64,000 bases of DNA from Penicillus capitatus (lineage: Eukaryota; Plantae; Chlorophyta). The DNA is taken from the NCBI GenBank assembly GCA_965649825.1, contig OZ287712.1:1-64000 (forward strand), written 5' to 3'. A model generated the notes under the pieces. The model saw only the letters and a list, made by a program, of their open reading frames with translations. It did not search any database and had not been told where the DNA came from. Made by a program: the position numbers and the translations under genes. This document shows, piece by piece, positions 36,488 to 48,032 of the stretch (within the stretch, counting starts at the first letter, position 1; every line of letters begins with the position of its first letter).

Positions 36488-39400
36488 TTACTCTCTGCTT
36501 TCGCGCCCTCTTCTCATGGGAGATTCCTCTGTCTTCAGAAGACTGTGAAATTCGTCATCGGCATCAGAACCCACATTTTCCGCATTTAGATCATCTTGAG
36601 ACATATCCGACATTTCCACCGGACTCGCCCAAGCATCCCTTCTTTCGATACGTCTCCTCGCAGGGGCATCATGATCTGGATATGCGTTCATTGCCTTCGG
36701 CTCTTTCGACGCCTCATCGAGTTCTTTGTCGTACGGAAACTCGGCATCGCTGTCACTAATCGCCATGGTCGTCTCACTCTCTCGCTCTAAACTCAAGATC
36801 ATTCCAATCCACATGAGCATTGAAGATAGATACCTTGACGGAAAGCGTCATCCTCGAGATCAGGTCCTTCATCTGCCGATAACAGATCAGACGTGCGACG
36901 GCTGTCATCGCCGTGGCCTTCATCGTCCGTCAGAGATGCTGCGGTGCATTCAGTGACAACATGAACTTCGAAACACGCCTTCACCTCGTTTGAAAGAATT
37001 TTGTCGGCCTGCCTGAACAGTGGTGTCTGCGAACTCTGCATCGTCTGAGAGTTCAGGCAAAGGAACAAGATCTTCGGTATCCAACTTCGCTCTCCCTTTC
37101 TTCTTCGTGCCTGTCGAATGATTTGTGATGTTCATGTCCTCATCCTCCATGGTGTCTGTATCATCTGAAGTATTGTCTTGCTTAATCAAGTCCCTTCTGC
37201 CATCGTTGAACAGAAACGTCGATTCGTATCCCGTTTGCTCCTTGATTAGATCGTAGAGTAATCTGCATTTGCTCTCTCGATCATTGTGTTGTTTCCAATC
37301 TCCGATATTCACTTTCACAACGTGCCAACCCTGAATGCAATCCGTCCGTTAGAACAGACTGGACACGCGGTCAGATGCGGACAAGAGCTCGTAAAATCCT
37401 TTGTCGGAATCGTGACCGTGTGGGATCAGCGTCCTTTGTCTCGTCTATGACGGGTGCGACAATATCCAGTGCGATGTTGATATCTTCCTCCATCCCGCTT
37501 ACAGATGCTGGTATCACGGCACTCGACAGTTGCAGCGGCACCTGTGTACATCATCTCCATCATGATGAAACGGGGTCGGTCATCGGCACCTTCTCCATAA
37601 TCCACGAATGTTTGCATTCAAAGCCTGCTTCGCCGAGAAGAACCAGAACTTCTGGTGTGATGTCAAAATGCCTGGTCTCGTCTATTGATGCCCGATGGGC
37701 AGCATAACACACTTCTTCCACCTCTCTCGACACGAATTGTGCTGCTTCCTAAAGTAAGAAATCCTATTTCAGATGCGTGCGGTTGTTCGAAACATACCTT
37801 GTTATAGAGAATCTTCAAGGCGATCAGTAGTTTGCAAATATGTTTCCGTTGAGCGACCGATAACTCCGACGGTGCGACAGATGCCAATTTACTCTGACGC
37901 AAAGCTTCTATGACAGGATTGTCGATTTCATCCAATAGACACAATCCATGCACCAGCATGGTTACGTTGCCCACAGCAAACTTTGCGTAATTATCTACGA
38001 AAAAGCGCTTGCATTCTCTGATGGCACCCTCTGGCTTGAAATCAAAATGCGAGCAGGTCAGCAAGAACCCACTCATTTGGTTCGGATTCAGATCTCCTGT
38101 TTTCAGTGCTTCTTGAAAAGATGCACTCAATCGTTCCTTCATGTTGTCTGCAACAGCAAATCCTTCCCAAACAGAGAAGCAGAACTGAGAATACATGTAG
38201 GATTCTGAGAGATTACTCCGCAGAGACGAAAATAACTTAGAAGCTGGGCAGCACTAAATGTCTCCAATCCAGATTCCACCAGCTCTATTGCTTTTCGAGT
38301 AAAAGATACCGGTAATGGAGTGTATGGAATGACCAGCGATCGAAGAAAGCTTAACATGTCGAATGGCGAAAACTCGTCTATCTTAATCTCAGCTGCACCG
38401 CACAGACGTTCGATCAGTCTTCGAGGCTTGAAGACTGGCAATTGACTGAGAGCAAACGCGACGGAAAGCAGTTCCCGTTTTGGAAAGTCATCCATTTTTG
38501 ACTGGACGGCCTCACACAGCAGAGTGAATATAGGCCCCTTAGGTGGTTTGGATCCTGTTAACAATGCGAACCCTGAAGAAAACAATCAAGATACGGAATC
38601 GTCGTCGTCGACAGAGAATCTGACCCATGATGACACCCGTTAACTGTTCTGCTGTCATCTGATTGCTCTGTGGAGCAGCGTGTTCAACGACTCTGTGCAG
38701 AAAACCGTCAAATGGACGCCCATCAATGGAGATCGTTCGAAGTCGAGGACCAAATTGACCCAAAGACCACAACAGGATCGAAACGCTCGCTGGACTCATG
38801 TCATCCAGTAGCCTTTCGGCCTAAACAGAGCGGAATGCCCACGACGTCTTCGATACTTGAACACACTTGTGCCAGCAGGCGGCGGATCAGACCATGGTGC
38901 TTTTCAATGACCCATGCAATCTGTTTCGCTCGATTCGACACAGACACAATGCGATGAAGCATGGTTATCGTGTGCACATCGTTAACCAAATGTGCTTCGC
39001 CGTCCAAGAGTCGGCGATACGAATTCAGCAAACCTACACATACATCGATATCGCCATCGCTATCCCGTGCTCGACTGGAGGCCTTCAAGGATGGAGCGCT
39101 TCTCGATATTGGGAGCAGTTAATGTCAGACTCTGAAGACTCTTCCTGGCATCCAATGCGATGGACATGATGGAGTTGTTCAGCTGAACAGCCCGTCCAGT
39201 GACAGAAGGAGCCATTCTCACAGTTTCTCTGGGATCGGCACGCGCTCCACTCCGATGAAACTGTTCACGGATGACATCACGCAGAAGGCCCAAGATATTC
39301 CATGTACTGTGTTTAACATCGTCCCGCTGGAGACCTCCGACTTCGGCAACTCTTTCAATCTCATTGATGGCTTCGATAGAGAGTCGAGATATCGCTGTGT

Positions 39401-39681
39401 TGATAGGATCCTGATCAGGAATCACTGGCGGAGCTTGATCGTCGCGTAGAGGAGGAAAATTTCTCTCGGCTGAGGCACGCTGTCGAGGACGATTCGGTGC
39501 CCATCGCTGATGCTCCAACCGAGGTTCCGGTATTAATTTCCGCGCAACTTTGGAGGTGTCCTGCACACACCTGTTGGTGAATGTGTGGGATACGATGCAT
39601 CAGAACGACTCAACAGAATAGAGGTCGCCGTATTGACCAGATGAATCTTCCCTGGTACTGTCGAGTCCCGACGATGCGCAT
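36488..39681 (-). CDS. Organelle-targeted FAST/OPR-like helical repeat protein with RAP domain
   Basis: Basic N-terminus MRIVGTRQYQGRFIWSIRRPLF. LNNSIM...TITMLHRI. Helical repeats (SILLWSLGQF, LLSVAFALSQL). RAP-like RILRAL|GWHVVKVNIGDWKQH. Acidic tail. Confidence 0.75.
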
Positions 39682-39826
39682 CGTTTGACGAGGCGAAACT
39701 GCGAACACGTGTCGATCAACGTCGACAGAACGGGAGAACTCGCGGAATTGAAATTACCGCGTAAGAGCACTTGAGTTCCTCTCGCGGCTTACACCGCCGC
39801 AGTAATTGGGAAGAAATCATTCTGGA

Positions 39827-42800
39827 TCATTCAGCGAAGAAATGTCCACTGCGCATGTAACACCCCTCGTCGTGTACAGTGTGCTTAGCATTCTTGCATT
39901 TCAGCCAAGGCTGTGTGTAACGAAAGGGACCTGGGTTCTCTAACAAGAATGGGTGAAATCGACATGGTCCTCGAGAGTCCTGGTCCGTGATGCCACAGCG
40001 AAGGCACTTTGCTGGCCTCTTGACATGACACCTGCATGGCACAACGGAAGACATCCATGTGATTCGCATTGGTTTCGGCTGATCACTTTCTCGGTGGTCG
40101 ATGCCGTCTCCTTGGCTGAGCAATGGAAGTTGCTGAGTCATCTTTCTGCCACGGAGCGGCCAGGAGCTTTCTTGGATGTAAAGAGGACGGAGGACTCTTG
40201 AAGAGATCGTATTCAACATCGAGCTTAATCTCAGGGGAAAGGAAGGGGATGGCGGCATCTCGCTCTGCTTCTGAAGGAGATTCAACTTTCGTCTCTTCCT
40301 CCTCTGTTTCGAATTTTGCCGTCTCCTCTATCTGCGTTTCCTGAGTCTCCTATGATGTAAAGTTCAGGAGTGTTGTTTGGATGTATCTATCTTTGTTTAC
40401 CGGTATGGCATCACGTGTTTTATTATTGTTCTCCTCTGTAGGTTGTATTTTTTTGATACGAGGCGTTTCTTCTTTCTTTTCTTTTCTCAGTGATACAATC
40501 TCACGCTATTAACACAATCACTCTTCAGCGTCGTGCAGTACTTAGAAGACAAAGTTAAAGTGAGAGTTTATTGTTGGCTTCAGGATGTAAATGGTTTCTT
40601 GTTCGCTTAAGCAGTAAGCACAACGAAACTGCACTAGTGGAACGCAATCCAAACTTTCAATCCAACACTTCCACGCCGCGTTGCAGCTGTGATGGCTCCA
40701 TAATCCACATCTCTCGAGAACACTGCCAGGGATGTACTCCCAACACGGTAATTCAGTGTCTTGGCTTTTGTACTCGCCCGACTCGTACGGCCAGCACAGG
40801 CCACTCGAATACCCCGAATCTCCGGCGTTTGTCGATACATTGTCTCCACTTGTGACCAGATGCGTCGAATCGGGATATCTTTTTCAATCAAGTGACAGAT
40901 CATGGATGCCAGTGTGGCGGCACTTGTACAGGGCGTATGTGTCACAAAGGGAAACAACTGAAAAGTGGGATCGACATCCATGCCACGAGCTCTGAGTGCC
41001 AATTGGCGCCGTGCTGCGTGCTGTATAACACACGTTTCTATGTGATCCATGTATTTTCGGCCCAGAACATCTGGTGTATGCATTTTGGTTCCCTGCTCAC
41101 GGCATCTTCGGCTTTCCTCTAGTCTGGACGAAAGCAGAGGACTGAGCAGTGCCAAGGAAACCACTTCCCTCCCAGCACGCACGTCGGCTATCTTCTGTCG
41201 GTCGCGTAAGTGTGCTTGAAGAAGGAGTGCCGTTGTGTCATTCTTCATCCGTGTTCGTCCATTTCTGAGGACTAGAGGCATCGGAATCTGTCGCGAAGCG
41301 GCTTGTTTGGGATCTTGGATCGCGTTCTTCTGTGACGCGTCCACCTCAAAGTGATCCGCATTGCTGTGAAGAAGTAGCAGTGTTCGTGCAGCCGTCGAGC
41401 AGAAAACCTCGGCCTCTGGTTCTACTGCCTTTGTAATCGCAGCTAATGTACGCAGTCGCATGTTGAGAAACGCGGCATGGCCATTTGCTGTCGATAGATG
41501 ATAATGGTCGTAATGCAATGATAGTTATTTGCTATGCGCACTTGGATATCGATCATCTCTTTCTCAATTCTCGCTGTCGTCCTTGCCGTTTCTCTCAATT
41601 CTCTGTTTTCATCTCTCTGCCGTACAGGAAAGAATGCTCACGAGGAGCAGAGTGATAGATGTGGCAGAATCTCTACGAGCTGTTGGATTTCGTGACGCAT
41701 CTTGTCCATGAGGATCTTTGTGCGATGTCTAAAGTGATGAAGCTGATTCTTGTATGCCTCTTTGAGTGCTTGAACCGGAACATCGCCCTGAGCAAATGGT
41801 TCATTTGCAGGGGCTGTCTCCCGACTGTTCGGTTGTCGGATCGAGTTCACTGGATCTGTGTTCGAGGATCGAGGCAGATGCGCCTTCTGCTGCAAAGAGA
41901 GTCCTTACTTCTCTTATAAAATGTGTGACAAGGACACTCACTTGTGCTGTCGGAGAGGAGGAACGTTCGCCTCGCTGCAGGGCCTGTTGTAAATTGGCTA
42001 CCTCTCTTTTGTGTCGCCGTTCCATGTCTTCAATGACCTGCGTCCTTTTCTGATGGAGGATTCTTCTGCGTCTAGCCATCAGCTGACCTTTCTGTAGTGT
42101 TCCCTGATCTCCACAGGAGATGGTGGCGGCAGCTTTTCTGCCCCTTTCTTGCGTGGATTCCTTTGCCCATCGTTATCGGAGACGTCCTGGATGGGCGAGC
42201 GCCCTTCCCTGTGCGATGCGAACTCCTTCCCGCTGCAGCGGTTGACGAGTTGCCGAAATTCTGTCTCCAGCTGACTCCAAACATCGCTCTGTGCTGAAGG
42301 AAGATCCCCTGTTACCACACATCCGATTCTCCAAGGCCACAACGCTTCCTCCTTCTCACCTTGAAGCAGCTGTTCACATTTCTCCGAGTACCGCTCGCAC
42401 GAACGGGAGAGATTTTTTATCTCTTCCGATTCTGCATCAATCACGGACGTTTTCGCCTGCCACTGCGCTTTTGCCATCGCCACTTGAGAGTCGAGATGTC
42501 GCCGTTCCGCATCTCTCAGCGATGCTCTCTCTTGCTCCAGTCGCTGTTGCCGAATGGCCATAGCGCGATGCAGCGCCGCCAATTCAACGGTTCTCTGTCA
42601 TTCCATCCGTCGGTCGGTTCATGACGGCGATAGAGAATGGAGCGTGCATGCCCTGTGCATCTCGATCTGTTCTTCGGTCGCGCACGCGATCTGAATGGAA
42701 GAGGGGAATGGAAAGGCAGAACTACATGAGGTGTGTCGTGGAATATTAAGTTTTTTGCGCTGCTGCACATCTTCAGATTCTTCATCGCCAGTGTGGACGG

Positions 42801-42891
42801 CGAAATTGAATCCGTCGATGTGCTGAGCAAGCGTCATCCAGAACTTATGTATCTCGGCGAGATCGGTCGACAATGGCATGGTCGCATGCAT
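39827..42891 (-). CDS. Multi-exon coiled-coil protein with C-terminal Cys/His-rich segment; proposed host of a 1036-nt intron (41541-40506) containing rps3
   Basis: Coiled-coil exons from 42891 to 41542. Phase-0 junction IEKEMIDIQ|REIVSLRKEKK. Later exons ETQETQIEE... and KCLRCG...CRFHP...WLKCK..H...C...H. The 5' exons (42891-41542) are better supported than the long-intron join. Confidence 0.55.
40634..41461 (-). CDS. rps3: Nuclear, intronless mitochondrial-type ribosomal protein S3 (uS3m)-like
   Basis: C-terminal uS3 signature SAATLASMICHLIEK...IRGIRVACAGR...GSTSLAVFSRDVDYG...TRRGSVGLKVWI*. Single uninterrupted ORF; likely start CAACATG at 41461. Confidence 0.8.
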   Translation of the reverse strand: MRLRTLAAITKAVEPEAEVFCSTAARTLLLLHSNADHFEVDASQKNAIQDPKQAASRQIPMPLVLRNGRTRMKNDTTALLLQAHLRDRQKIADVRAGREVVSLALLSPLLSSRLEESRRCREQGTKMHTPDVLGRKYMDHIETCVIQHAARRQLALRARGMDVDPTFQLFPFVTHTPCTSAATLASMICHLIEKDIPIRRIWSQVETMYRQTPEIRGIRVACAGRTSRASTKAKTLNYRVGSTSLAVFSRDVDYGAITAATRRGSVGLKVWIAFH

Positions 42892-43719
42892 TCATTCAAG
42901 ATCTGAATGACGAGGTGGCGACTGATCTGAGCTGCGATGTAGCGATTCTGATCTAGTTCTTAACACAGAGAGCGTTCTAAGTGTCTGGACAAATAAACCG
43001 AAAAAGAAAAGACATGATTGATTGATTCAGTCAAGAGTCATCGGGTAACATGAGCGTTTGCTGTTGACTTAATCAATGCGACTTTTTCTAGGTGTTGCCT
43101 GATGTACTGCAACTAACTCATCTTTGTTTCGAACAAAAAGAAAACCCCTAGTGATCCGACCAAGTCAGCGACAATAATAAACAAAACAGAGAGTAAAGGC
43201 GCCAGCAATGCATTTCTAGTTTGGCGATTGTGGATGTTGTTGTTATTGTAGTTGTTGTAGTAATGGTTGTTGATGTCTTAACGAAAAAGCAACAGTCTTT
43301 CCATTCTGGTCCTCTTTTTGCTCTCTGTCTGCTGAAACGATTCGTCCATTTGAAGACAGCTGTGCGTTAATCTGGACTAGATGAACAGCAGCAGCACTAA
43401 CGCGATGGATCTCATTGTCTTTGTTTTTTGTTTGTCATCATCGTGTGAATAAGTGAAATCAAATCCTGATTATTGTGCTGGCTGCTGATGGTTCTATCGA
43501 ATGATCGACTGCGCTGGGTGGATGGGTGGACAGGTACAAAAGGAGTGGAGACAATTTTCGTCAAGAAAAACTCAAACCCATCCAAGGAAGCTAGGTCAGG
43601 ATGAACGATAAACAAATCTAAAAGAACACAAACTAGGTATTATTGCTTGATTGATTCATATATGCTGTCAACAATCAATCCGAAGAGAGGAAGTGGAAGA
43701 AGCGGAAGAATAATGCGAT

Positions 43720-44180
43720 AAGATAGATAGATAGATAGATGTTCATCTTCTCTCCTTCGGAACAGTGCTTTCTGTAAATTTTTGCTCACACAGACAGACA
43801 GGCAGACAGATACTACGTAACGTACGCACTCGCTATTGGATTTTCTCGATTGTCACACGATCGCTTCATGATGTTATATGTGTTGTTGTTGTTGACGCCT
43901 TAGTGCAAATCAATCTTCGTTAATGACTTCTAACAAACAAACGAACAAACAAACAAACAAACAAAACAGTCTCTAATGTGGCAGGGATGAAGGTCAGAAA
44001 TGCGTTGCTGTTATTGCTCTGTTGCTCGTAATCCAATGTGTTTGCATGCTTGTTGACTACGCTCGGCCTAAACGATAGCAAAACAAAACCCTAAGACTGC
44101 TTGAACCTGTTTCCTTGACAACAACGGATATATCCTTCGTTGATTGGAAGAAACAAACAAACGAACAAACAAACAAACAG
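43720..44180. repeat. Microsatellites: (GATA)n at ~43720-43740; (CAAA)n with a CGAA interruption at ~43932-43965 and ~44150-44180
   Basis: Directly visible short tandem repeats in a 2-kb non-coding stretch. Confidence 0.8.
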
Positions 44181-44957
44181 GCCAGCCAAGAATTACAGGC
44201 GTCTGTCTCTTTCAAAAGACTTTTCATCTGTTAAAGAAGAAGACACCAGATCAAATGGATAACACAATTCATAAACTTCTTTCCTGGTCAAGGGGATCTC
44301 TAATGCAGATGCGGATGTGGTTGCGTGGCGCAGCATAATCTAAGTCAAAGCCATGAAAAATGCATAGATCTAGAGATGTATGGACATTGACTATGATTGG
44401 ACGGACAGTCACTGTCCTCCCATTCGTGGATTGTCCTCCGATGCCCAGCACCAGAGGGGGTGATGGTGATGGGCAAAAAGGCGCCACCATTTCATGTCTG
44501 TTTCTGCCAAAATGAATGCACAGCTTTATTATCGGATAATGCAAGCAGCAGCAGCACAAAGGAACGAGCAACGAGCAACGATGATGAAAGTAAAATTCTA
44601 GCCTTGTGGTTTGCCTGCTTTCTTATACACAGTACAATGCTAGGATGCATGTCTGGCTGAAATAACGCCTGTAAAAAGCTTCCGAAATCAAAAACGAGCC
44701 AGAAACATAGGCAAACAGAAACACACTGTCATCTTCATTCGCATAAAACTCAGAGTTCTTCTTTTTCAGCTGGAACTGAACTCGATAGACACCTTTTGTC
44801 GTCGTCTTTGTCATAAACAATAAACTCCTCAGAGACTCAAATGTCAGGATGTCAGGATGTCGATGAAAACAGCTAAACCAAAACAATTATATTACGTTTT
44901 TGATGAAAGGAAGGAATGTGCTTTATTGAGAGATGCCACACAGATCGTGTGTGTGTT

Positions 44958-46366
44958 TCAGTTAGACCAGCCAGGATTAGGTGCATCAGAAAAGGTCGTG
45001 CCATCATAGACAGCATGAGGATAATCTTGCTTGACACTTGCGCTCAGTGGCAATCCGTGGGCGTCCATGTCGCCACCCTCTCCGACGATGCCTGTATTCA
45101 ATGACGTGACAGAGTCAATGTGTCCGCCTGGGCTGAAACCACCATAGCCAGAACCGGGGGAGTGTCCAGAAAACGAGCCGAAGTTTTTGACGTCTCCTGT
45201 TGCGCTGCCCATCGGGCCAACGGGTAGGCTGTGTGCCACGGCTGTTGGGCTGTTTCCAGTGCCGGCCAATTCATTCAAAGACGCATGAGGATAGCCATTC
45301 ATATTTGGAAATGTTGTTCCAAGCCCATTCGCTGTGGCATTGGAGAACAACATGTTCCCATACCCTCCATGAAGTCCCGTATATCCAGCTGCAGCAAAAG
45401 CTCCACCACCTGCACCACCACCACCACAGACACCCTCGATCCAAACAGGCAGGCAGGTAGGAGGAGGGGATGCACTTTCGAGGCCTAAGGCCATGTTGCT
45501 TGAAGCTCTCAATCGTGCGCTTCCTGCTCCCACCGGTCGATAGGTGCTCTGCATTCCGGGCAGAACAGCGGGATTCATGCGTCCAGGGGACGGAAACTTC
45601 TGGTAGGCTCGGTTTCCACTGGCATATCCTGTTGGCTGCACTCCCGGAAAGGTTTGCGGATACACATATTCGGCGGGAGTGGGACCGACAAACCCTCTCT
45701 GTTGCAGACCGACAGGACTTCTGGTGACAGCCATCTGGTCGCGAGGCACAGCATGCTTTATTTCAATCTTCTTGTCGTGGAGGGTTTGCATGACTCCATT
45801 CGCAAACACCTTCGCAACAGCGTCTTCTTCTTGAAACGTCACAAATCCGAATCCACGCGGTCGCTTGTTTTCGTGGTCGTACATAACCACCGCATCTTTG
45901 ACGGCGCCGTATTGCTCAAAGTATTCGCGGAATGCTTTCTCGTCGACTGTCGGTGCCAAACCTCCCACGAATATCTTCTTAGAACGCTGCGACCCGGATT
46001 CGTTCGTCTGTTTTTTCGCCTGATGCTCTTCTTTGGGCACGGCTTTCTTCGCCTCGACCTACAACACGTCGAACGAACATACATACCATCTGCCTCGGAG
46101 TTGCTGCCACGAGGGCGACAACGCACTTCTCTTCTGTCTATGGTGTGTGGCTGAAGCACGACTCTGTCAGCGACAGTGGGGTCGTCGAAGACAACGAATC
46201 CAAAGCCCCGTGGTCTGCCTGTGTTCCTGTCGTAGTTCACGAACGCCTCAGTCACGTTGCCGTAGTTCTCGAAATACATTCGGAGCTTCTGGTCGTTTGT
46301 TTCCCAACTGAGGCCACCAACGAACACTTTACATTCCTGCTTGCTGTTCTGGTTACTCGTACTCAT
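44958..46366 (-). CDS. Two-RRM hnRNP A1/Musashi/Hrp1-like RNA-binding protein
   Basis: KVFVGGLSWET...RPRGFGFVVF...HTIDRRE|VEAKKAVP; KKIFVGGLAPT...RPRGFGFVTF...KIEIKHAVPR; Gly/Pro-rich tail. Confidence 0.93.
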
Positions 46367-46624
46367 TTCGGCTCACGAGAAAAGGCAACTACCGCCGAAC
46401 GAACGAACAAACGAACTAAGGACGGCGCCTGTTTTACTGTGCCCTGATAAAACACTGACTTTCTGACTGACTGACTGACTGTCCGCTGGTTCGACAATAA
46501 AAGAACAGAACCGCACGCACTAAAATCGAAATGAAGCAAAGGATGTTCTCCGCCGTTCGTACAGATATTCATGATAAGACGGCACTGCGAATCGACTACT
46601 CTGTGGCGAACATTCCACGTGCAG

Positions 46625-47862
46625 ATGATGCCGTTTGACGAAACCGCCGCGAATCTGCTGCAGCGGCAGTTCGTCCCTTCACTAAGAACCGGCATCCGTG
46701 GCGTGGATGATGAGGGAGGACTGTTTCCCGGACAGATCATCGAGGCCTCTGGGCCTCATGCCTCTGGGAAAACGCAGCTCCTGATGCATGTCAGCCGTCC
46801 ACTAACCGTTTTCTGCATTGCGACTGACTCAACATCTCTGTGCAGATTGCGATGCAATGCATTCTGCCAAAGAGACTAGGCGGGTGGGAAAGTACGACCA
46901 CCATCACCACCCATGCTCCTCTCTATGCATCCACCCATCCTTTGTCAAGGAATCGCTGTGTTCATCGATCTCGATGGGAAATTCGAGAGCCACGTGTTCA
47001 TCTCTGTCCGTTCCTTTTACTCTTAGACGGATAGAGAACAACGAGCGAAGCTTCTGTGTTCTAGGCACTTGAAAAGAGGCTTCAGAAAGCAGAGTGGATC
47101 AGTTCGATATCCAACCATGGAAGTGCATCTGTCATCTCTGACGATGTGCTTTGTCTGTGGCAGACGTCGAAGAAATGAAGACCATGTGCCTGAAACGCTT
47201 CTGCTATGTCGTCAGACGCTTTTCTTGTCTCCTGGCCCACATCTTTGTGACCTGTACCAGATGCGATGCGACAGTTCCTTCGATTTTCTCTCCACTCTCA
47301 GAGTCTTGTCAAGAATCCTGACAGACAAGGCACAATCGATGCCATCCCTTCGGCATCGCTGATGGGTCCCTCGATGCATTCGTAGCTGAAGTCCAACAAG
47401 ATGGGCTGTCTGCTCATCGATAACATCATGGCGTACTGCTGGTCCGACAAGGCACGTGAATACTCCACATCTGGTACGTCCAGTCCTCGATATCGCACAC
47501 ACGTCACATCATCTCCCTGTGCAGATGTGAACGACATGCCCATGACGTTTCCGCGCGTACAGCAGAGCGTATTCGCAGAACTGGAGAAGATCCTCCAGTC
47601 CATGCACATCTTCATCGTCATCAGCAAAAATGCAACAACAGAGGTCAGATACATCTCCTTTTTTCTCACAACTTCCATGCCGAGTAGGTACGAATGGATG
47701 CTAGAGGACTGCCTCAGTGGGACCAGAGAGAGATGGTGCAACATAAACTCCAGGTCGGCGGTGCTTCCGAATCACGCCGTTCTCTTCACAGATCGATTTT
47801 TTCGTCTGGCAGATGTTCTATGCACAGCGGCTGATACTGGTTCCAGTGTTCAACCTGCCTGA
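46625..47862 (+). CDS. XRCC2: RAD51 paralog XRCC2
   Basis: IIEASGPHASGKTQLLMH|IAMQCILPKRLGG...VFIDLDGKF...LLIDNIMAYCWSDK. Confidence 0.85.
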
Positions 47863-48032
47863 CGAGTTACAGAGTACATGGAGATGTGAGGGTCGAGGAG
47901 TCATGGCAAAATGGATGGTAGGCATCCCAAAATCGTGTTACAATCCTCGACAGGCGTTTCATTAGAATTCCGACAGTCCTCATTTCCAATGGGATGGGAT
48001 GTTTCCAGGCTGACTACGGACATGGGTGGTGC

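Noticed and set aside
40554-40628. Extra exon FRCAYCLSEQ... starting right after the rps3 stop
   Set aside because: In frame and spliceable on paper, but it breaks the heptad register that the direct 41542>40505 junction preserves; kept only as an alternative to test.
15521-44094. Interstitial telomere tracts (TAGGGTTTT at 15521, AAAACCCTAA at 44085)
   Set aside because: Single copies only, at most telo-box motifs, and compatible with chance.
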